DNA of 64,000 nt. Source: Callorhinchus milii. Taxonomy: Eukaryota. Below the pieces are notes generated by a model. It was not told the DNA's origin. It saw only the letters and a list, made by a program, of their open reading frames with translations, and did not search any database. Location of the stretch: positions 10,230,001-10,294,000 of the forward strand of contig NW_024704749.1 in NCBI RefSeq assembly GCF_018977255.1, written 5' to 3'. Each line of letters begins with the position of its first letter. The stretch's first letter is position 1. This document shows, piece by piece, positions 44,714 through 54,788 of this stretch. Made by a program: the position numbers and the translations under genes.

Positions 44714-46507
44714 ACAGGACTCTGTAGCTCTTGTAAGCGTCCAGAAGTGGGTCTGAAGCCCACAGTCTTCCAACCCAGGGTTGAGAGTGCTGCCAACCAA
44801 GGCGCTTTTGAAATGGCTGAATGGAAACCCATTTCAGTTGTTGCTGACTAAAGAAGAGAGACAGAGCAGTCTGACCACAGTCACAGCGTTCATCTTCGAT
44901 ACACAAACCACAACTTGTTTCTGTTGAAAAATGATGGTTGAGGTTTGAAATGTCTCTACGCTTATATTTGATGGCAATTTATTTCTTGTGGCGATGAATA
45001 GAGGGAACTCTAGCAGCAGAGTATATTCAATATACTTTTTTAAAAAAATAAAAAAACATTAACCCGCATGCAGTCGGGGGATTTTGAACAATAGAAGCGC
45101 AAGTAAAATAATATGAAGATCAGATAAGGAATAGATATCTGAGGCTGGACTCGGATCAAACCGTTTCAATGGCTTACATACAGAACAATGCATTCCTGAA
45201 GCGAGTTACAGGGCGAACTGACATATTCCTGGTCAGTGATAATAATAATCCTGGCATTTAATATACAATACATATATTCCCATTGGAAAGGATGGAGATT
45301 TGTAATCAGTTACTGTACGTTAGACGCCAGTGCCTTGGCTCACAGACAAGGAATAAGATGGTTGGGTGAGGTACTGGTATGACATCTCAACAACGTGATA
45401 ATCCTTGCAGTTGATATAGCGACTTATTATTATTATTAACCTGCACAGAGATTCCGCACTGGTTCAGGCCCACGTGATATGCAAGTCAACCGGGTAAAAT
45501 AAACCTTTTAAAATAGACTCTACGATGCAGGGACACACAATATTGTTAACTGATTAAATCAGTTGCACCAGTTCAATAATTAGCTCTCCACACAAACCGG
45601 TCATATGATTTCCCCAGATACTGATGAATGTGCGGAGAGGATTTGATTTCAGAAGAGAAACCGAAACTCCCGTATAAAACAGCCACTGAGATCCACGTAA
45701 AAATGATTTGCCGACTCCCAACAGATTAGTTTCAAAGTCCTCACCTTCACTCTCTAATCTTCTCTCACGCCTCTCTGCTCACACCCTTCACCTGGCTAAC
45801 AGGGGTCTGCTGCATCTCCTCCCCTTCCGCATCACCATCAGTGGCCGAGCATTCAGTCACTACACCCCTAACCTCCGAAACTCCCTCCTTCCAACTCGCC
45901 TACAGGTGGACGCGAAGAGAGTTTCTCTCTCCCGGTGTCCTGGCCAGCAGTGCCCCAGATAAAATTAGTCATAATAATAATAATAATAATAATCCTTGCA
46001 TTTGATATAGCGCTTTTCACGCCTTCGAGACGTCTCAAAGCACTTCACAGGGATCACTGTAAAGTGAATTGACTGTATATTTGTGGGCGAAATATAGTCA
46101 CTCAGTCCACGACTGCTTGTGGGACACTGGCTGGGGGCTGTGCGCGACATTGGCTGCCGCGTTTCACCCACAAAATAAGTGGCAGCACTGTATATTCTGT
46201 GAAGCGCTTTGAGACGTCTCGACTACATCAAATGCAAGGATCGTCATCGTCCTCGTCATCATCATCATGATGCCGCGGTGCTGACATCAAGCTGGGGGAA
46301 GAAGAGGAGGAGAAACCTGGGATTATTATGATTATTATTAGCATTCCTCCCACAAAACACACAGTCAGTTCGCCGTACAGTCTATTCCGCGAAGCGCTTT
46401 GAGAGACGTCTCGACGACGTGATCAGGCGCTGTGTCAAATGCAACGATTATTATTATTTATTATTATTGATTATAATAATATTATTCCTCCCCGACCAGT
46501 GAAGAGT

Positions 46508-46700
46508 GGGGAGGGGATGGGGGGGGAGGGGTGGGGGTGATGGGGGGGAGGGGTGGGGGTGATGGGGGGGAGGGGTGGGGGTGATGGGGAGGGAGTGGGA
46601 TGGGGGGTGATGGGGGGAGGGGTGGGGGTGATGGGGGGGGGGGAGGGTGATGGGGGGGAGGGGTGGGGTGATGGGGGGAGGGGTGGGGGTGATGGGGGGG
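46508..46700 (+). repeat. G-rich minisatellite (~21-22 nt unit ggggggaggggtgggggtgatg)
   Basis: About 8 imperfect tandem units. Confidence 0.9.
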
Positions 46701-46804
46701 AAGAGACGACAACAACTTGCCTTTATAATAGGGCTGATGGCGGCCCCGAGCGCTTACGAGAAAAAGCCCCCGGAGCCACCCCAGCGCGAGGCTCACGGCC
46801 TTAC

Positions 46805-47090
46805 CTGCTCTCTGGTGTCAGTCCCTCCGGTGCCGAGGCAGAGCGGCCCTGACCAGGAGCAGCGCCATGACTCCCCCCCCACCGTCTCCGCCCCGCAACC
46901 GCTCCTGCCGTACACGACCGGAAGTCTCGTCCCTGCCGTACAGGAGACCGGAAGCGCCCGGCCTGTTCCCCGGCACGTGGTCTTCCCGACGCCCACACCC
47001 GCGCTCCGCGCGCTATTCACGCCCAATTGGGCGGGTTCCTGTCGTGGCTGCGGGTGAAGACCTGGCTTTTGGGCGGGCGCCTAATATTTC
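46805..47090 (-). promoter_or_regulatory. CpG-island promoter and first exon of TMEM248-like
   Basis: CpG-rich; duplicated cctgccgtaca..gaccggaag (ETS) unit; cccaattggg CCAAT plus GC box; donor CAG|GTAAGG at 46805. Confidence 0.7.
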
Positions 47091-47596
47091 CCCCCCACCC
47101 CCCCCACACACACGTATTTAAACCCGGGAATCGTCCTTTTTCCTCCCTTCCTTCCCTCTTAAAGACCTTTTCCTTAAAAGTTTGCAAAACGCTTTCCCGG
47201 ACTGGCCACTCCGCTGCCCGTAACACTGGGCTACTCTTGGGCTACCGTCCGGTGGACTTTGGGCTACAAAGATCCTGGATTTTTTAAAAATTTCTGGCGA
47301 ACCCCAATTGTGCGGCTTTTCACACGTTTCCCCCGATCCGCTCGGTGAATGGTTTTCCTGATGCCGTTTAATATCAGGAGAATAACAGTAATACTCCTTG
47401 AATTTCAATGTAACGTCGTTGGGAAAAACATTAGTAAGCGTTGCACACTGAGGCCACCAAAAAAAAATCACTGAACTATGGGACTTCTCTACCTCTACAC
47501 CCCGTCCTCGCATCTCTCTCTCTCTCTCCCACTACTGCAGCCGACAGACATTCGTAGACAAAGGAACAGGAGTCGGAGAGATCTTTCCATTTTGGT

Positions 47597-47602
47597 TTTA
47601 AT
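47597..47602 (-). terminator. RPL6 polyadenylation signal (ATTAAA)
   Basis: About 20 nt after the TAA stop; short 3'UTR typical of ribosomal protein genes. Confidence 0.75.
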
Positions 47603-47622
47603 AAGAGCTTTTTACACCTCGT

Positions 47623-50600
47623 TTAGAAAACCAGTTTATGTGGGAAAACTCCGTTGGACAGGCAGAACGTGCTGCGGAGGTAGCCGCGAAGCTCCGGCGT
47701 CTTCCTAATGATGGGCAGGAGCTGGGAATCCACCGCTTTCTGGTCTTTCTTCCGCTCTTCTGTCAGCTGGTATTTCTGTGGATGGGGGAGGAGCAAGGCG
47801 TGAGTTGGAAGCCCGCATGCTGAGTCACTGGAACCTCACAGTATTTATTTGGTCAGACGCATGGCTGTCTGACACACGAAGAAACCCATTCATCAGAGCA
47901 TCCAAACCAGAGTTCCACATGTGGAATGCTACCTACATAAGGAAATTTACACGCGACTGGAATGGAGTCCTCTCTCTCTCTCTCGCTCTCCCTGGAGGGA
48001 TGGACCCCGCTTACCGATTAAAGTGCTATTTATCGAGAGCATTGTCTGCCAAGCTTCCCTTTGCTTATCCAGCTCCCCGCTAGTTAGGGCTTTGACTTGC
48101 ACAGTTAACAGGACCCAAGTGTGAAGAATTCCTGCTCCAAGGAGTTGGTCTGTCCCCTCTGGTCCTGCCGATGCAGCATTAACTGTTCTTGTTTCAACAA
48201 AAGTCTCCCCAGTCAACTATTCACTGTAGCACAGAGCATCAGAATTTTTTCACACAGAGTTGTTGGGGGTGTGGAATGCACTGCCACTAAGGTAGAAGAG
48301 ACAGAATCCACTGTGGGTTTTAAGAGGGTAGTAGATGGGTATATGAGAGATAGAGGCTTGAAGGGGTGTAGAGATATGGCAGAGTAGTGGGATTGAATGA
48401 ACACCTTACTCTGAGAGCTGATGCAGACTCCTTCTACGCTGTCAATGTGTAAGGCATCAAAGTCCATACAACACTGGGATTTATAAGATTTGCCATGTAA
48501 CAGTCAGCATAAACAGCACAGCAGGTCTCACTTAGAAGAGACTGCAACTGAATGAGACTATGTTTATTGTAGCAAGCAGAAATAGCATCAGATCACGGTT
48601 GGTTTCTGACACAGAGTGTAGCTTGCACCCTCTCCTTTGACATATGACATTGGGGGGATTCGTCACATTTCTCTCCCTTACCCCCTTGCAGGCAGTTACT
48701 GCTGAATACATTACTGGGCAAACACCCTGTTAGAAAAGTGTCAGCAGTGGACAGATTTATCAGCAATTGCTCCCTGTGGTATTAGAGCAGCCAAACTGTG
48801 AGGAACGATTCCGGAAGACAAGCTCAGTAACGTCAGTAAGATACGAGAGAGGATGCCATTTCCAGCAGCAGCATGGCACTTACTACTCACATCACAGATC
48901 AATATATAAACGTACACGATACTTTTGCAAATTGCAGAGCACACCAGTCAGATAATTGCCTGGTCAATCTAGTCAGTGAAGCAACATGTGGAGTGATCCG
49001 AGCTGGACAAGCAGCGGGAAACCTTGCCACAGTGGCATTGATGGCAAGCTGTACGGTTTTAGCTGGTTAGAATCCAGCAGTTACCCCAACGCACACTCTG
49101 GGGTCCCCAAGCCTGGGCTCTTGCCAACCTGCGCCTAATATTGTCCAGAATTAGCTAAGCAGGGCGCTGTGGGATAGAGTTCCAAATGGATGACCCTCTG
49201 ATGGATCTTCAGGCGAAGCAGAGACTACACCACACATACCTCTTTCTCGGTCTCGAAGATCTCGCCCTCCTGATGCTTGGGTTTGCGCAGCTTCTTCTTC
49301 TTGAAGTAGGCGTCTGTCAGGTGTTTGGGGATCTTCACCCCTGAGATGTCGATCTTTGTGGATGTGGCGATGACAAACTTCTGGTGCACTCTGCGCAGTG
49401 GCACACGGTTGAGAGTCAGAGGACCTGCAGCCAACACAGAGAGCAGAGCGTTAGGGAAAAGATCCGGAGCAGTCAGCAAATCAAAGACATAACTAATAAA
49501 AGTACAAATGAAGGTTGTGACTGTTTGTGTGACACTGCTGTGCGCAATTGGCTGCTGTGTTTCTCCCACAAAATCCACTTTACAGTATATCCTGTGAAGC
49601 GCTTTGAGACGTCTTAAAAGGCGCAATGATTATTATTACTCAGGTGAACGCGATTGAGTTAAGAAATAGGAGGACCGCACTCACCCGAGACCAGCAACAG
49701 GCCAGTGCCGAGCTGCTGCAGGAAAACCGCACGCTAAAGAACGAGAGAAAGAAAACTCAATGTCACTGGAATTGATCTGCAGAAAATGAACAATTCAAAG
49801 CGCAAAAGTCAAAACAACTCGAAATGCTGTACAGGGTCTCCACAAAGTCCTGTTAGCACCACCTTTTATGTCTAGAGTGCACTGACCAACAATTGAAACA
49901 CGTGAAAGAATGATAACTGTATTTAGAAGTACTTAATTGTATTCAGTACCAATGTCCTCCCGACGTGAAAGACGCAATAAAAACGTAACTTTGTTGTTGT
50001 TGACTCTATTTAGACGTCCAGAAGATCAGTGTGCTTTGAGTGCCATCATTCTCATGGCAGATAACGATACATCACCATATTTGGGTCAACATCTTCCGTA
50101 GTATTTATGGATGGAGTGATGAGGCAAAATGCACCTCTGACAGCTTGTTTCAGCAACTCCGCAGTCTCATATTGCTGTTTTGTAACAAGGAGAAAGAGGA
50201 CGTTGTGGATACCCTGTACACAGAAACAATCACATTCTCCCGACCCTCACCTTGCACCTGTGGCGGCCAGTCAACATGATGAGGACGGTCCCCGGGGTGA
50301 TGGACGTTCGCAGACGCCTCTTGTGTTTGCTGAAGGGTTTGTTACCGTGGCTGATCTTCTTGCGCGGCAAATCCTCGGTTGGGTAATAACGTGGCTGCAA
50401 AGGGTAGTTTGTTTTAATTAGAAACACAAGTTCAACAAACCTCTGATCTCACCCTTCGATACACCCACACCTTCTGTAAAACAGTCTCAACAACTCTTCC
50501 CGGTAACCTGTTACTATCACAGAATCCTACAGCACAGAAGGTGGCCATTTGGCCCATCGTGTCTGTGCTGGCTCTTTGAAAAAGCTATTTAATTAGTCCC

Positions 50601-51363
50601 ACTTCCCCGCTTTCACCACACAGTTTTGCAATTTTTTTTCTTTTCCTGTATATATCCAATTCCCTTTTGAAAGTTATTAGTGAATCTGCTTCCACCAACC
50701 TTTCAGACAGTTTTAAACACTTCAGGTAAATATTACAACAATACCCTTGGACTAAAGGCCTAAACCAAAATGAAAGCACACAGAAGCCCTAGATTACACG
50801 TTACCATTTTGCGGAGTTTAACCACACGGGTGCCTCCATTTTTGTCTCCACCAACAGGTTTGCTGACTGTGGCGGGCGCCTTTTCCTTCAGTTTCTTTTC
50901 AATCTGCAAACAAAGGACACAGCCTCAGACACACAGGCCACAACTTTACTGAGACAATTATTGGATGACAAAATATTGGAAATCTGGATTCCAATTTAGC
51001 GAGAATAAATGGATAAACTGCATCCAAAGGAATTCAAATAACTTGAGGGGAATTCTTAAACCAAACTCTGGTTCCTTTGAAACAAAGTTAAGACAACAAC
51101 CACAACTGTTACTTGTAATAGCCCCCTTTTATGCGGAGGGCAGCATCGCGGAGCGCTTTACAGTGGCCTTTTCAGCAGCCCCTTGCAGGCCCCATCTGCC
51201 CAATGTTCTGTACCTTGGTTTCAGGAGCCTTGTATTTGCGTTTGTACATTGCCCTCCTGGCATACATGGCAGAGCGGGAGTACTTCCCAATGCCTCTTGC
51301 CAACCAGGGATTTCGGCTGGTGTGCCGCTTTGGCTTTTTCACCTTCTTCTGTTCTTCAGCCAT
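47623..51363 (-). CDS. RPL6: 60S ribosomal protein L6 (eL6), 259 aa
   Basis: join complement(51214..51363,50805..50903,50251..50394,49685..49733,49240..49424,47623..47775), 780 nt. [76 protein letters not shown]. Non-coding exon 1 ~53154-53172. Confidence 0.98.
48824..48897 (-). ncRNA. Candidate intronic structured / box C/D-like RNA (element B) in the last RPL6 intron
   Basis: GUGAUGU-N10-UGCCAU/AUGGCA hairpin-...-ACUGA, with a second CUGA; no known family recognised. Confidence 0.25.
50019..50098 (-). ncRNA. Candidate intronic box C/D-like snoRNA (element A) in RPL6 intron 4
   Basis: Terminal stem CGGAAGA/UCUUCUG, C-like AUGUUGA or GUGAUGU, D'-like AUGA, C'-like AUGAUGG, D box CUGA; ~70-80 nt; no target identified. 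Confidence 0.35.
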
Positions 51364-52224
51364 CTGCAACACCAAAAAAAAAAGGTAAGTTAATAACACC
51401 GTTCAACATGGAATTGCTCCCTTTCCGGTCATTTGGGACGGGGATAGCGCGCGTTTATTGGGGCGGAGGAATAATACTTGTATTTGCCGCGCCTTAGCAC
51501 ACTATTGTTGAAAGGCTCAAAGCGCTTCACTCACTGTAACGCGGAATGACTATTTATAGGAAGAATTTCATTTGGGGTTTAATAATAATAATGCTTACAT
51601 TTGATACAGCCCCTTATCACGTTTTCGATACGTCTCAAAGCGCTTCACAGAATATTATTGTAATGTGAATTGACTGTATTTTGTGGGCGAAACAGATTAT
51701 GAATAGACAACAGAACAGTGAATGCGGACAGAATCAATGACAAGTTTGAGGGCTAAAGGGAAGTCTAGATTTAGCAACCTTTCTCGCAGCAGTAAACAGC
51801 ACATGAACTGGCGAAAGATCACTCGAGTCTCGAACATCTTTCCCAGCGAACAAGACGACACAGGCTTAGGTGTGAGGCACTGAAATGGTCTGGACCCTAA
51901 GCCCTGCACACACCCGGAAAGCCTCGGGTCGCAACCGAACAGCTTGGAAATTAAAACTAGTATTTCCCTCACGTGGCCCTAACGCAAACACGATAACACT
52001 CTCACACACACACACACCCTAAACAAAACTGCGATTAATTATCACTGCCCTATGGAACCACAGAAACTTAACAGCCAATCGTGCCGGTGATGGTTCTCTG
52101 AAAGGTATCCCGTGGGTCCCATTTGCCGGCCTTTCCCCCACAACCTTTCATAGGTTTAGAAGGTATTTCCCTCCGACTGCCTGTGTTGTGACTTACACAC
52201 GTGGGAAGGTGCTGCCGGCGCGGA

Positions 52225-52715
52225 GTTAAACTCACACTCACACACACTCACTCTCACACACACTCACTCATCACACACTCTCACACTCACTCACTCCTCA
52301 ACACTCACTCTCACTCACACACTCACTCCTCACACACACACTCTCATCCTCACTCCACACACTCACTCTCACTCCTCACTCTCACACTCACTCCTCAACA
52401 CTCACTCTCACTCCTCACTCACACACTCACTCACTCATCACACACACACTCTCACTCCTCACTCTCACACATCACACACACACTCTCACTCCTCACTCTC
52501 ACACTCACTCACTCATCACACAAACACTCTCACTCCTCACTCTCACACTCACTCCTCACACACACACTCTCACGCTCACTCCACACACTCACTCCCACCT
52601 CACACTCACTCACTCCCACCTCTCACTCACTCACTCTCACTCACCACACACACACTCTCACTCCACACACTCACTCACACACACACTCACTCACACACAC
52701 ACTCACTCTCACTCA
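52225..52715 (+). repeat. Low-complexity (CACT/CA/CT)n tract in RPL6 intron 1
   Basis: ~490 nt almost devoid of G on the + strand. Confidence 0.95.
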
Positions 52716-53138
52716 CTGCCTCAGGCAGCAGTTAGCGTGAGGCCCAGAGGCAGCGCCTGTGAGGAGGGTCTCTCTTTCTCTCACACACACACACACACAC
52801 AGCGCCTCCTCTCAACTCACAACCCCTAACACCCCCTCTCTCTCTCTCTCTCCCTCTCCCTTCTGCTTTCACGGCAGCGTGACCCACATCTGTCTGTCTA
52901 TGTGTCTCCTCAGCCATCACCACCACCACCACCACCGCCGCCATCATCCCTCCCTCATCACTTCCACAGCGACCGCTCGCAACACGAACGTAAACCGCCA
53001 TCCGACGGAAATATCGGTTAATCCCGACGGCTGACACCTCGCGCCGCGTTTCCCCGGCGGCCTCGGGCGGGGAAGGAGCTTCCCCGGCGCCGATGGAGGC
53101 GGATTCGGTTCCCCCCCCTCTCCCGCCGGGCGCGCGGC

Positions 53139-53265
53139 GCCGCCATTTCTTACCTCGACTCCAAAGGAAAGGCCTTACATCCGGGTCCCGGAGGTATAGC
53201 CGCCGCCGCCGGCGCGACGTCACGCCACTCCGACCGGAAGTCGAGCATTCTGGGAGTTGTAGTTC
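53139..53265 (-). promoter_or_regulatory. RPL6: RPL6 TCT/5'TOP promoter and exon 1
   Basis: Minus CCTTTCCTTT initiator (53163-53172); donor GAG|GTAAGA at 53154; YY1 AAATGGCGGC 53139-53148; ETS CCGGAAGT 53234-53241; ZNF143-type ACTACAACTCCCAGAATGC 53245-53263. Confidence 0.9.
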
Positions 53266-53721
53266 CGGCTCTGGACCCGACGCCCTTCCTCAATGGGGTC
53301 ACATTGCTGATTAATAATAAGTAGGAATAATAATAATAATAATAATAATGAATGAATGGATTCTAAATGCATTTGTCCTTAACGTCATTTTTCGCCCATA
53401 CGTATAAAAAAAGTCAACTCACTTTACAGCGGATTCTGTGAAGCGCTTTGAGACGTCTCGAAGACGTGAACAAACCCTATATCGGATGCAAGGATTATGA
53501 TTATTGGGTTAAAAGATTGTGTCAGCCCAGTTGAAGTTTTTTTTTATATCAAATTAACAAACACGTAGTTAGGAACCACATGGTTAATAAGACACGGCGT
53601 AATAAAACATTTTCCCTCCCCAAGGTGGATTTAATAAAATGTTCACAACCATTTGGCTTACAAAATCATATTTAGGAGATTAGAAATACATAGAACAGCT
53701 GTATCCGCGCTGATCCTGACA

Positions 53722-54050
53722 AATGATGATGATAATAATAATAATCCCTGCATTTGATATAGCGCTTTTCACGTCGGGAGACGTCCCAAAGCGCTTCACA
53801 GAACACACTGTAAAGTGAATTGACTGTATATTTGTGGGCCAACGCGGCAGCCAATTGCGCACAGCAATGTCCCACAAACAGTCGTAGATTGTAAATGAAC
53901 AATTTATTATTGTTTTGGTTTTGGAGGGATTATTATTAGGCTCTGTGTGGAGTAAGGAAACTTGCCCGAGGTTTCGCCCTCTGCCTGGAATTGAACTCAG
54001 GTCTCTCGCTTGCAAAGCGAGTGCTCTAACCACTGAGCTACAGGACTCCA
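53722..54050 (-). mobile_element. tRNA-derived SINE
   Basis: Tail-to-head reverse copy ending gctacaggactcc. Confidence 0.85.
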
Positions 54051-54788
54051 CCAATATTTGATATATATATCTATATATTTGATATAGCACCTTTCACATC
54101 AGGACATCTCAAAGCCCTTTAATTTACAGGATTTATTGTACATTTAAAGTCTCGTTGGTGACTGTATTTTGTAGGCGAACAAGGATGGAAATGTATACAC
54201 AGCAACTCCCTACAAACAGCAAGTAAATGATTATTTGTACCTGTGTGTTGGCCAGAACACAGGGAGGAACTCCCTTCAACTTTTTAAAACACAGAACGTG
54301 GACAGTGAATGCTTCAACTCAATACACCCACGGGTCTCAACTTATTTTGGTTTGATCAACAGCCACGACTTAAGTTAACAGTTTATTAAAAAAAAATACA
54401 CTTTCCCAGTTAGTTTGTTCCGAACTCCTCTGGATCACCTTTATTCTTTAAAAATAGATTTTAATAGCTTTTATTTTCACAAAGTAAATATATCAGAAAT
54501 TCCGTATACACCAAGTCCACATGGCCAAATTGTCAGTTACAAAATATATTGAAAGATCGTGAACGTATGTGCTCATCTACAGAATGACATCAGGAGAGAA
54601 AATATGTAATCATTATATAATCAGTGTTATTATTGGTGAGTCTTTTTGAATAAACCAAAACAAAACTCAAAGGAAGAATACAAGTACCGTACTTTCATGA
54701 TTCGCTTTGTACTGTAAAATGCTTAGTGTCCCTTAAAGCCTGTGGCTATTTTAATTCATCACAGTCCCAAACCTACTCTCTGTGGGTG

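Noticed and set aside
46482-46852. Pro/His-rich and Gly-rich ORFs; superficially array-like repeat
   Set aside because: Translation of a G-rich minisatellite; no unique spacers, not CRISPR
48560-48760. H/ACA or telomerase-RNA interpretation of stem plus AAACCA plus ACA
   Set aside because: No telomeric template or CR4/5 motif and no convincing second hairpin
52201-52740. 179-aa His/Thr/Ser/Leu ORF
   Set aside because: Microsatellite translation, antisense within RPL6 intron 1
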